64,000 nucleotides of DNA from Azolla caroliniana (Eukaryota > Plantae > Polypodiophyta): positions 7,130,001 through 7,194,000 of the forward strand of contig JBHGNT010000017.1 of assembly GCA_043228905.1 (NCBI GenBank). Direction: 5' to 3'. The position numbers and the translations under genes are program-made. The notes below the pieces were generated by a model, which was not told the DNA's origin, did no database searches, and was given only the letters and a program-made list of their open reading frames with translations. Below, in pieces: positions 12,305 to 25,000 of the stretch; position 1 is the stretch's first letter; each line of letters starts with the position of its first letter.

Positions 12305-13057
12305 TGTTAGAAATTGGCGCTTTCAAAACCTTCGCCTCTCGGTCACTACCGAGGAAACACGAGTCAATGCAGAGAGAGACTCGAATGCACAGGGTTTAGC
12401 GTGGAAAACCCTAGACGGGAAAAACCACGGGAGTGCAAGACTCCAACTATCGCTATACGCAGGGAATGTAATCGAAAACACAGAGAGAGACTCGAATGCA
12501 TAGGGTTTAGCGTGGAAAACCCTAGACGGGAAAAACCACGGGAGTGCAAGACTCCAACTATCACTATACGCAGGGAATGTACAATGGCGAGCTGCAAGGC
12601 GACGACCTTGAGCTCACTGTCCTCGCCACAGGCGGCGGTATTACACAGAGGCGTCTACCTCTTCCTTTCTCTCTCTCTCACTCTCTCTCTCGGCTGCTCT
12701 CACTTCGCTCCCTCTAAGTGGAAAACAGAAAAATGAGCAACAACTACAAAACTGTTTGCCCTAAGTCATATTTATACACATATGACTTTCGGGCTATTTA
12801 CAAATATAGCCTAGAGGGCCCTTGGCAAACATATTCACAAATATGTCCCCGCATCCGGATCTCTCTCCGGGTACATTCGTCATCCGGCTCCGTAGCCGGG
12901 GTCTTCATCATCCGGATCCGAAACCGGGTCTTCATCATCCGGTTCCGATACCGGGTCTTCATCATCCGGTTCCGATACCGGGTACTCCTCATTCGGGTCT
13001 TCATTCCCGATTCCCGGACATCTGACCATCCCATCCGGAGGGACCGTAATCCCAACA
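12305..13057 (-). repeat. 5' LTR of B (753 bp)
   Basis: Adjacent to the tRNA-iMet PBS; TG...CA ends. Confidence 0.95.
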
Positions 13058-13728
13058 ACTCTCTCTCTCTCTCTCTCTCTCTCAACATGTAATCTTATAT
13101 ATTTACATGTACATGTGTATGTGTATATATAATATGCATTTGTTTTTAAAGAATATATCCTATCATTAGTGTAAACATTTTGCAAGAATTTAAACTCTAT
13201 GTGATCGGTGGGGGAAACAACCATTTCGGAGGCTGAAAATGCCAATAAGGAGTGCCATAATTGAATGTCATGAATGGAGTAGTTGTTCAAACGATAAGAA
13301 ACGCATGCCTTTGAGCAATTTTAGCATCAAAATCTCCAACTATACCATCTCATTGACCATTCAAAGTATGAACCATGTCTAACCAAATATTTGAAACCAA
13401 TGCAGGTGATGTTGTTTTAAGTTGATGGAAAACGATAGAGCATCGAGCCTTCCAGATGTGATATATAGTTTCTAATATTCATCATTCTTTGCAAATAGAG
13501 TGACGTTTGACACACACACACACCCTCTCTCTCTCAGGAGAACTGACAAATCTTCTCTCTCTACAAAATCTAGATATCTAATATTCACACTCCCTCACAC
13601 AGACAAACCCCATAGCTCCTCTCTCTCTAGAGTCTAGACATACACTCAAACCACTGCCTCCTCACACATGCAAAACAGGGCTTCTCTCTCTAGACCACAC
13701 ACGCTCTCTCTTTCTCTCTCTTTTTTTG

Positions 13729-13783
<55 letters not shown>

Positions 13784-14330
13784 TGTCACACACACTATGT
13801 ACACCATATGTATATATCTATGTACCGCGTATGGATTTCAATCATACTCGAAGCCTTTTCACGTATGACTATGATATGAATATTGGCGTTTGAGTATGGC
13901 ACGAATGGGACGTATGGCTAGAACTATGGTTTCTACGTATTTACATGTAGTAATATATATTTGTACAAATATAATATATTCATGTTTAGTCACTATGCAT
14001 GTATAAATGGGTGTAATGTGTGTATATACATATTCATGGATGTAATGTTTAAATGTACGTATATATGCATGCATGCATGTATATGTATGTATGTATGCTA
14101 ATCCAAATTTGAGCATTGTTAGCATAATATATTCTTTACTATCTCGTTGAAATATTTAATATTTCATGGGCTTATGTAATTTTTTTCTCTAGCATAATTG
14201 ATAATACCCTTATGTAAATATATTTTTAAATATTTATTTATACCCTTATGTATATACATTCTATATCTCTGTGGTCAATTTAAACCCCTTTTGATGAACT
14301 CACGTGCTACCATACAAATTTTGACAATGA
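13058..14330. repeat. Low-complexity intergenic DNA with (CT)n, (CA)n and TATG/AT-rich microsatellites
   Basis: Simple repeats visible at 13059-13083, 13510-13535, 13700-13795 and 14060-14100. Confidence 0.7.
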
Positions 14331-14338
14331 AGCCCTCG

Positions 14339-15676
14339 GGGGCCGACAATGCCAACGATCGTAGATCCACATCTGGATACATATTCTCATTGGGAAGTGC
14401 GGCGATTGTGTGGAGCAGTAAGAAGCAGCTGACAATCGCATTGTCGCACATGGAGGCCGAATATTGGGGGGCGACTGTCGCTACGTGCAAAGTCATTTCG
14501 CTAAAATAGCTATTACAGGATCTGCATGTGGAGGTGTCCGCTCCAACGGCGATCTATTGCGACAACCTCAGCAGCATCCAACTTGCAAAAAACCCTGTAT
14601 TCCATGCTCAGACCAAGCACATTGAGGTACGCTACCATTTTGTCCGTGAGTGTGTCCTTTCCGGTGAAGTCGAACTAGCGTATGTTCCCAAAGATCGGCA
14701 GATTGCCGACATCTTCACCGAGCCCCTTGGTCTCGACAAGTTGCGGCATTTCTTGGGTGAGCTGGGATTGCATCACCTTGACACGTCGAACTTGAGGGGG
14801 AGATAGGAACAGGAGCGTGAAAGGAGTGGTAGTGACCGCGGTGTCGAGACGGATGAAGAATTTGATTTCCGGCTGGCTGAAGAAGCCGAAGAAGTGAGCA
14901 AGTGTTGTAATCGCAAGAAAGAGCCGAAGATAGCTGGACAAGGGGGAGATATAGCCAAGAAGGGTGTAAAGGCCAAGACCAAGACGTGGTCTAATGTTGT
15001 CAAGGGCCTAAAGATAGAAGACAAATTGGAGACAGCCAATTCGGATGTAAGCGGAATTGGATCGGAAGTGATTGATTCAATCGAAATGAATGTCTGAATC
15101 GACTTAGGACCAAGCGGAAAAAAGGGCAGCGAAAGAGGTGCCAACGCCGCGACAGCAAGGGAGCTAAGAAGGGCCACATGAGTAGACAAGCCGACCGAAA
15201 GGGTCAAGGCGCGCGGAATCGTATGGGTCGAGGAACGCAAGTGAGACGAAACTGGAGCGAAGATCCGGAGGAGCACGTGGAACCTCTAGTTGACCTTGAG
15301 GGGGAGTGTTGAGAGACAAGCTCAACATTGGGTGCGTAAAACCATACGCATAACATGGCCGTAACGGTACGTAAACCGAGAGGCCGTTAGAACGTTATTC
15401 CTCGTAAGGAATAATTTTGGGAGTATTTGTAGGATGCTCATTTATGAGCAGTCAAGTACTGTCAGTACTTGTGTCAACCCAGTAGTTAGGGCTTGTATAA
15501 GGTGCTCACTGAGCACGAAGTATGTACAGAGAATGATTTTTTTTAATATAGTTTCGTTTTCTGCTCTCTCTCTCTATCTATCTCTCCCTCTCCTTCTCTG
15601 TGATTTCTGCGTTTTACCAAACTATCATACCTCCGAACTATGTACTCTGTGTCTCACGCATATGTATTCTTTTACA
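14339..15676 (+). mobile_element. 5'-truncated copia fragment 'A2' (family A): RNase H, extension and 3' LTR
   Basis: [25 protein letters not shown]; PPT GAGGGGGAG before LTR 15307-15676, whose first 21 nt are identical to those of LTR 1604. Confidence 0.88.
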
Positions 15677-15771
15677 ATTTTCGGCTAGTGTGAGAAAACC
15701 GGATGGAATGGGCAAAGTCGTCGAAGTGCAACATTTGCACATGTACATTAGAAAATATATATAAAATAATA

Positions 15772-18664
15772 GGGGAGAGACTTCGTCAAGAAATTGGCGA
15801 TGTTCACCTCTGAGGTGTTGATCTTCCGAACTTCGAGCTTCTTTTCTGTTATGAGCTCCCAGAGATGATGAAATCGCACCTCAATGTGTTTTGTCTCTGC
15901 GTGATAGATTGGGTTCCGAATGAGATGGATTGTGATCTGTGAGTCACAATAGATGGTAGGTGTTGGGTGGTGGATTCGACTTGTCGCTAAGAAGTCGACT
16001 CACAGTCAGTGCAGCCAAATTGCTTCCTTCGCTGCCTCTAATGCTTCTATGTACTTGGCCTCTGTGGTAGATAGGGTCGTGTACTCTTGCATCTTCTACC
16101 TCCATGATATGGTGTTGCCGCCATAGGTGAAAACATAGTCTGATGTCAACTTTCGATTGTCCTTTTTTCCGGCATAGTGGGAGTTGGTATAGCCTTCAAC
16201 TTTGGTCGGGTTTGACGATCCAAAAGTCAGTTGTGCATCCTTAATCCCTTTTAGGTACCTGAAGATGTGTTTGACGAACTCCCAATGCTTCCATTGACAT
16301 GTGTCAGCTGGCAACCCCTATGGCATAGGCAAGGTCAGGTTGGGTCGCCATCGTGTACATGATGCTTCCTAAGACCGATGCGTAGGGTATCTTCCTGTTG
16401 AGCTCTTTGTCCTTCCCCGTCAAAGTAGACTCTTTGTCCGATAGTCGGATCGATGTCGGTAGAGGTGTTGGTGCTAGCTTCGCATTCTCCATGTTGAAGC
16501 GCTTCAGCACCTTGCAGATGTAGTCAAACTAGGAGAGTCAGAGTGTCATTGTCTTCTAATTTTGCTCGATCCTCATGCCCAAGATGTGTCGGGCTTGTCC
16601 GAGTTACATCATAGCGAACTTGTCGTAAATATTTTGGCTTGATTACTCCCTGCAATCAACATGTCATTGACGTATAGGATCTGATAGATCCGGGACTTGT
16701 CAACCAGTTCCCGAGTATACATGCATGGGTCGGAGTCAGACCGACTGTAGCCGAGCTGTCGGATGTAGGATTCGAACTTTTGGTACCACATCCTTGGTGC
16801 TTGTTTTAAGCTATAAAGAATTTTCTTCAGTCGACATATGAGGTGACCTTCCTCCCCTGTCGCCGTGAAGCGTGCCGGTTGGGTCATGTAAATGTCTTCT
16901 TCCAAGTCTTCATGTATGAAAGTCATCTTTACATCTAGCTACTTGAGCTCTAGGTCCTCTATAGCCACGACTCTGAGTAGGTCCTCTACATCACTACTCC
17001 GGATCAATATCCGATTCTCTAGGTCCCATATCCTATAGCCAAAGTTCCCATTGGTTCCATAACCGAGAAATATGCACTTTGTCGCATGGGGTGCCAACTT
17101 GGTCCTTTTCTCCCTGGGGATGAATGCATAGGCTTCGCATCCGAATATACAGAGCCTATCGTAGGTCGCCTATTTGCCGGACCATAGTGCTTGTGGCACT
17201 TCGAGCCTTATTGCTTTCGACAGCGATAGATTTATCAGGTAAACTCCCGTCTACAATGTTTTGGCCCAGAACTCCAGCTTTAGTCCGGCTTGCTAGAGCA
17301 TTGTAATCACCCTCTCCTGGATTGTTCGGTTATCTATTCAGCCACTCCATTTTGCTTGGTTGTGTATGGAATGGTCTTTTGGTGTCGGATCCCTTTGTTG
17401 GACAGGTATTGCCTAAAGGCTCGAGAGGTGTATTCCCTTCCATTGGTGGATCAGAGTGTCTTCACTCTGTATCTTGATCGGTTCTCCACTTCAGTTGTCC
17501 ATCGAGTGAAGACCTCGAGCGCTTCGTCTTTTGACCTAATCGAGTAGGCCCAGACCTTCCGTGTACGGTCATCTACAAATGTGATGAAGTATTGGGAGTC
17601 TCCTAGTGCTCACTCAGGCATCGGCCCACATATGTTTGGGTGCACGAGCCGTAGGGGTTGTCGTACCGTCTCATAGTGTAGAGAGTGCAGACTTCAGGTC
17701 TGTTTCCTATAACGACAATGCTCGCAGAAGTCCATCTTATTCTAGAGTGTAAGGATGTAACCGACCACCATTATCCAGTCCAATCCGGCTTGTGACATGT
17801 GACCTAATCAGCCATGCCATAGGTTCGGTGTAATAACCAAGATCATTAATCCTAAAATGAACGTGTTGATGTGGGAGTTGGCTGGGTTTTGGGTTCAGAA
17901 AACACCCAACTAAAGGTGTTGATGTGGGAGGTGGTTGGGTCCAACTCTCTCATCTTCATATTGAACAGTTGTTGAATCAATATGAGTTTTGATTTTTTCT
18001 TGTATACAACCTGTAGCTTCTCCCACAATGAAAATGTTGTCGTCTCTTTTGACATGCTGAAATAGACATTTTTAGCCTGATGCATACGAATGGTCGATCT
18101 AGCTATTTCGTCTAGTGAGCGTCATTCTTCAGTTATCATCGAGGTTTGCTTGTTGGTGTGCCATATTGCCTTGATTTGACGCCGGATGATCAGTACATTT
18201 TGTATCATCTCCTTCCATAGGGCAAAATTTTTCCCGTCGAACTTTTTGATTTCAGCCCCTGTACCAGATGTTGAAGCCATGTTCTGTTTTGGAAGTGAGA
18301 TTTTTACTGACCTGGTCTTTTCTTTTAGTTTTTCCTTCTGTTTTGTTGCCGTTGAACAACAAGTTGCTCTGATACCACTTGTTGACAAGTATGCAAACAG
18401 ATATGTGGAAGCGTGTATGAGGACCTATTGTATTATGCTCAGCAAAGAACACAGAAAATATGATAGAAGAAGAAACATAAGCGTAGACACAGTTCGAGCT
18501 TCAACGGAAGTTCTATGTTATTCTGTAACTCTATCTACAAGACTCAAGATGCAAGAAGATTATCGTTACAATGTTAGGGTTGAGCTTATATACTCAAGCC
18601 CTTACTAGAGGATGTGTTTACACTGTGGTTACAAAGTGGAAGGAGTCGGCCTGTTATGCCAACA
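15772..18664 (-). mobile_element. Decayed copia 'F1' with 5' LTR (18380-18664) and internally deleted gag-pol
   Basis: PBS TGGTATCAGAGC 18366-18377; gag KFDGKNFALWKE; INT, RT (LKQAPRMW, YVND) and RH remnants; large deletions at ~16985 and ~17850; no 3' LTR found. Confidence 0.85.
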
Positions 18665-20747
18665 CATTCTGCATGGGTGTGTACGGAACTGTCTTTTGGT
18701 GCCGGATCCCTTTGTCGGACAGGTAGTCTTTGAAGGCTCGGGAGGTGTATTCACCTCCATTGTCGGACCAGAGTGTCTTCACTCGGTTTCCTGATCAGTT
18801 CTCCACTTCAGTTAACCACCAAGAGAAGACCTTGAGCGCTTCATCTTTCGACCTAATCTAGTAGGCCCAAGCCTTCCGTGTACAATCATCTATGAATGTG
18901 ATGAAGTATTGGGAGCCTCCTACTGATCGCTTGGGCATAGGCCCACATATATCTGTGTGCACGAGCTCTAGGGGTTTTCGTACCATCTCGTAGTGGAGAG
19001 AGTGTGGACTTCGGGTCTGTTTCCGGTAACGGCAATGCTCACAGAAGTCCATTTTTGTTTGGAACTTCGGGATATAGCCAATCACCATCAGTCAGTCAGT
19101 CTAGTCCGTCTTGAGACATATGGTTGAGTCGTCCATGCCATAGTTTTGGATGTCCCGATTCAGCTATGTTCACTGCCCCATCTAGATTGATCACCATCAG
19201 TGGGTACGAGTTATGTATCCATTCCCGATTTTCAGATTGCCTCGACTGATCATCCATGTCGACTCATTGAGAGTTGTTCGGTACTCGTCTTCGGCTAACA
19301 TGCCAATCAAGACCAGACTCCTTTTAAGCTTGGGTACATGCCGGACTCGATGTAGGGCAATTGGATGGGGACCTCTCTGATCCCTACGATTGGGCACTCC
19401 TGCTCATTACCTAGTCAACTTGTGCCATTGGCGCTGACAGAATAGTTCGAAAACCATTCGATATTCGGGGTCACGTGAAATGTGGCACCATGGTTCACTA
19501 GCCACATTTGTGCGTCTTGTGCACCGTATAGGACTTCTCCAATCATCGAGTCCTCTAGAGAGAGAATTTCTCCTGATTGGGAGTTGGCAACATTGATTTG
19601 GTAGCCATCTCGAGAACAGTTTGAATCGCCAACTACTCTCCTTCCTCTTGATCGACCAGCAATCGGAAATGTTGTGACCAATTTTTTTGCAATGTGTGCA
19701 GAAATCACTTGACCTACTGTTCCTTGACTTCGACCACTATCAGTCTCCCCTCTTTCTGGGTCGACTGGTGTTCCGACTTGTTCTCTCGATCAGCTCGATC
19801 GACTCGGCTGAGTGGTGGGCTTTTGCCGACTTGTCGATGGTGAGACTGAGTCCCATTGATTGTTGTTGAATGTCCTTTGTGAGGACTTGGCCAATTGTCT
19901 CACCCAAGTTCAACCTAGGGAAGTTGTTGGTGAAAGTCGTGTAGAATACCCCCCAACTCGCCAACAAGCTCGAAAGGAGGGCAAGGGCTTAACTTCTTCT
20001 TCGAAGTTGATCCCTTGGGAGGAGAGTTCAGACAACACCCAACTGAAGGTGTTGATGTGGGAGGTTGTTGGATCCGTCTCTCTCATCTTCATGTTGAATA
20101 ACTATCAAATCAGTATCAACTTTGAAGAGGAGGACTTCTTCGCATATACAGCCTGTAACTCTCCCACAAAGAGAATGTTGTTGTTTCCTTAGCCATGTTG
20201 AAATAGACATTTTTGGCCAGATGCATCCGAATGGTGGAGCATGCAATTTCATCCATGGATCTCCACTCTTCAGTATACATTGAAGTAGGCTTTTCACTAT
20301 GATGTCAGATGGCTTCAACTTGTCTTCAGATGATTAGCACGTCTTGCATCATTTCTTTCCATAAGGTGAAGTACTTTCCATCGAACATCCAGAACTCCAC
20401 ATTTGTGCCATATTGTGTCACCATTCTTTTGGAAGATGAATGTTGTTGGCCTTGTCTTTTCTTTTAGCATTTTCTACTTTTTGTTGACTTTGAACAAAAG
20501 GAAGCTCAGATATCACTTGGAGGAAGATATGTGGAAGAATGTGTGACAAAAAGGGAGAAATAGAAAATAGACTCAAATTCGAGCTTCAATGGAAGTTCTT
20601 CTTCTTCTCAAGATTCTTCTCTATAACTCTTTACACTCCAAGTATATGTTTACAACGTTACACTTGAGCTTATATATTCAAGCTGTAGCTAGAGGACATG
20701 TTCACACTAGGATACAAAGTGGAAGGAGTCGGCTTTTTATGGCAACA
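18665..20747 (-). mobile_element. Decayed copia 'F2' (same family as F1): 5' LTR 20518-20747, gag to INT
   Basis: LVHTDICGP, WLVNHGATFH; degenerate PBS 20504-20515; LTR homologous to 18380-18664. Confidence 0.82.
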
Positions 20748-20869
20748 AGATGCACATAGGCAATGCTACTGAATACCCCCAGGTGCTTCAAGTTCGGCTT
20801 GTGCTCGAAATACAACTCATGTACTGACACCTTTCCTTTGTGTGCAAAAATCCGATTCTAGATATACAC

Positions 20870-21619
20870 AGCCGTAACTTCTCCCACAAAGAGAATGTTG
20901 TTGTCTCCACAAATAGACATTTTCGGCTAGATGCATCGGAATGGTGGAGCGTGCGCTTTCATCCATGGATCTCCACTCTTCAGTAGATATTGACGCATGC
21001 TTTTCACTATGATGTCGGGTGGCTTCAACTTGTCTTCGGATCATTAGCATGTCTTGCATCATTTCTTTCCATAAGGCGAAGTTCTTTCCATCGAACTTCT
21101 GGATCTCCACATTTGTGCCAAATTGTGTCGCCATTTTTCTGGAAGATGAATGTCATTGGCCTAGTCTTTTCGTTTAGCCTTTTCTATTTTTAGTTGATGT
21201 TGAACAGAAGGTGGCCTAGATACCACCTAGAGGAAGATATGTGGAAGAATGTGTGAGAATCTTTCGAGCTATGCACATCAAACAACATAGATGCGTGACA
21301 AAGGGAGAAATAGAAAATAGACTCAAATACGAGCTTCAATGGAAGTTATTCTTCCTCTCAAGCTTCTTCTCTATAACTCTTTACACTACAAGTATCTGTT
21401 TACACCGTTAGGGTTGAGCTTATATATTCAAGCCCTAGCTAGAGGATGTGTTCACACTAGGATACAAAGTGGAAGGAGTCAGGTTTTAATACCAACAACA
21501 TGCACATAGGCAATGTTGTTGAATACCCTTAGGTGTTTCAAGTTCGGCTTGTGCTAGAAATACAACTCATGTACTGACACCTTTCCTCTGTGTGCAGATA
21601 TCCAATTTTGGATATACAC
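20870..21619. repeat. Tandem duplicate of ~20144-20869 (F2 gag start, LTR and host flank)
   Basis: Second LTR copy at 21228-21497 is followed by the same flank (ATGCACATAGGCAATG...) as at 20750. Confidence 0.85.
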
Positions 21620-22065
21620 AACTGTCCAAATGGCTTTGGCCCAATAAAATTTGGGCATGCTCTTCTCTTCCAGCATTGTCCGAGCCACTTCCACAATCGA
21701 CTAGTTCTTCCTTTTGGTTATGCCATTATGCTTTGGCGTATATCTACAGCTGAATTCGCTTCGAATTCCCATCTACTGCAAATAATAGTTGAATTGGCCG
21801 GAAAAGTATTTTTTTCCACCATCTGATCGAAGACACTTGATTTTCCTTTCTATCTCCCTTTCTGTAAGATTCTTCAAGTTCCAGAAATAGGAGAAGACAT
21901 TACTCTTCTTCCCTATTAGGTAAATCCATGTGTGTCATCTATAGTCGTCGATGACGAAGAAGAAGTATCGACTCCCGCCTAGACTCACATTCTGGGCTAG
22001 TCCCCACACATCCAAATGAATAAGGTTGATCTCGTTACGGCTCCGATTTTTCTTGTTAGTGAAAG

Positions 22066-25000
22066 TGTTGAGAAGCAAGCTCAACATGGTATGTGATGCT
22101 TATTGGGAAATAAGCTATAGTAGCTATTTAGCTACTTGTGAACATAAAGGAGAAATAGCTAATTAGCTACTGACAGCTAATTAGCTACTGACAACTATTT
22201 AGTGACTAACAGCTAATTAGCTACTGACAGCTATTTAGCGACTGACAGCTAACTAGCTACAGGCAGCTAATTAGCTGCATATGTAAGTAACTTATTACTT
22301 AGGTAGAAAGTAAGAGAGTAGGTAAGTAAGACAATATACATGAAGTAGAACTCTGAGAGAGAGAGTGTGAGGATAGAGTGAAAGAACTCAGAGAGTGAGA
22401 GCAGAAGAGAGAAACAGACGAGAGCAAGTAGAGCTCTGTGGGTAATGAAATAGAAGAAGTTTTGGCTGCTACAGAGGTAAGTCTCCTTCTCCCTTCCCTT
22501 CTGTGTTTGAGCACCAAACGATCCAGCACACCACGATCCGCCGCGCACATAAGAAGAGCCCGAGTGCCTTCTTTCACGTTTTCTTAACATGGTATCAGAG
22601 CAGAGTTGCTCATAAAGAAGAGTACAGAAGTGCATAGATCTGAGAAAGGTAATTCTATGTTTGCTGATCTGAATCAGAAAGTTACTTGTTGAAGTAATCG
22701 TAGCAGAAACCCTAGTTTGGAAGAGATAATGGCTGCAGAGAATGCGGGCCAAATAGTTACAAAAAAACTAGATAAAAACAATTTCCCGGCGTGGAAATTT
22801 AGAATGACAAACTTCCTAATGGGGAAAGGATACTGGGATTACATTGAAGGAGACCTAGAAGAGGCTCCGGAGATCCCAAAAGAAAATGCCACAGCAACAC
22901 AGATTAAAGCATTCAAAGATTGGAATCAAGGGGCAAGGAAGGTAATGCATTGGCTCTCACTTAGCATCTCAGATTCGATGCTTGGGCACATACAAGATGC
23001 TATGCTCCCAAAAGAAGCTTGGGACAGTTTGGTAAAATTGTTTGCAGTAAACACAAAAGCTAGAAAGCTACAGTTGAAGACTGAGCTAAATACCTTAGAA
23101 AAAGGTAAGATGTCAATAAATGAGTATGCTTTGAAAATAAAGAGCATATATGAATCACTTGCTTCTATCAATGTAAAGATAGAAGATGATGATAAGGTAG
23201 AAATATGCTTGAGAGGCTTAGGACCTCAATACAAAAGCTTTAAAACCTCTATGCTTACAAGGGATAGTATCCCAAGTTTTCCAGATCTGGTTTCAATGCT
23301 TGTAGTAGAAGAAAGGAATCAGATGGATGATGTAAATAAAGGAAATTTTGAGAATGAGGGGCAAGCCCTATATAATAGTGCTGGAAGAGGCCGAGGAAGA
23401 GGCCATGGAAGATTTGGCTCAGCAAGAGGCCATGGAAACAACAACAGAGGCAGGGGGAGCAACCAAGGTAGAGGTAAGCAAACATATGTAAATGATGATG
23501 GTTGTTGGTATTGTGGAAAACCAGGTCACACACAAGCTGAATGTTACAAGAAGCAAAATGATGAGCAAAGAGGAAAGAGACAGCAGAATAACTATGCCCA
23601 AACTAGTGAAGATTGTGAAAAAGATGGTGCATTTGTGGTACAACATGAGATAGCAGCAGTGGCTGAAAGCTCACAGAAATGTAATGAAGAGTTTACATGG
23701 TGTGTAGACTCGGGGGCATCTAACCATATGACTGGACATGCAAACTGGTTTGAAAGGTTGAGAGAACCAGAGATTCCTGGCTATGTACAGACGGGTGATA
23801 ATAGTACTCACCAAATAGAACATGTTGGAGATATCCCATTGTGGGAAGAAAAAGGAAAGACTAAGTATATGTTGAATGTAATGCATGTTCCAAATCTTGC
23901 TAAGAATCTGATTTCTGTTGGACAGATAGTAGAGCAAGGTATGCAAGTAAAGTTTAAGCAAAGTGGATGCTATATAGAAAAGAATGGGAAGCTCATTGCA
24001 AAAGGAAAACGACAAGGAAGAATGTTTATTTTGGATGTTGACATGCCTAGACAGATTTCAGCTATGTTTGCAAATGGAATGAGTGTAGTCTCAGATGTGG
24101 AAATGTGGCATAAAAGGATTGGCCACATAAGTATGCAAACCCTAAAGAATATGTTGAGAAAAGATGCAGTGGCTGGACTGCCAAAACTGAAAAATTGTGA
24201 AATGGGAAAGATATGTGAAGCATGTCAATATGGAAAGCAAAATAGGTTGCCATTCCCTCATGAAAGACATGTAAGTAAAAATCTGTTGGATTTGGTACAT
24301 ACAGATATATGGGGACCAACTAAGAATGCATCTATCGGTGGCTACAGATTTTATGTAACTTTTATTGATGATTGCTCAAGGAAAACATGGGTGTACTTCA
24401 TGAAAGAGAAAAGTGAAGTGTTTGAATGTTTTCGTAAGTTTAAATGCATGGTAGAAAAGCAGGCAGGTACAAGAATAAAATGTTTAAGATCTGATGGAGG
24501 AGAGTATTTCTCCAATGAATTTTCTGATTTTCTATGCAATCAGGGAATAAGAAGACAGTTCACATGTAGATATACTCCATAGCAAAATGGAGTTGTTGAG
24601 AGGAAAAACAGAACATTGGTGAACATTGCAAGGGCTTTGATGACAGAGAAGAATATGCCATTGTACTATTGGGCAGAAGCTGTAAATACAGCAAATTATA
24701 TTCTAAATAGATGTATAACATCGGGAGTACATGAAGCAACTCCTGAAGAGTGTTTCTATGGAAGGAAACCTAGTTTAGAACACTTAAAAGTGTTTGGATG
24801 CCTTACATATGTACATGTGCCTGCAGAAGTAAGAAGTAAGATGGATCCAAAAGCAGAAAAATGTATTTTTGTTGGCTACTCATAAGAACAAAAAGGGTAT
24901 AGATTCTATAACCCTGTAACAAAGAAGATTGTGACAAGTAGGGATGTAATCTTTAATGAGTTAGCCAGCTGGTACAGTCCAAAACAGAATCCAGAGACTG

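Larger units (their letters stand above)
7676..13057 (-). mobile_element. Full-length but defective Ty1/copia element 'B' (same family as D)
   Basis: LTRs 7676-8394 and 12305-13057; TSD ACTCT (7671-7675, 13058-13062); PBS TGGTATCAGAGC 12290-12301; PPT 8395-8410. Confidence 0.97.

Noticed and set aside
10800-12326. 508-aa ORF as a functional separate Gag-PR protein
   Set aside because: Its start lies in the LTR and results from a deletion that removed the true ATG; its end results from a 35-bp deletion.
20518-21497. TRIM-like mini-element with two short LTRs
   Set aside because: The same host flank follows both LTRs and there is no PPT or TSD, so it is a tandem duplication.
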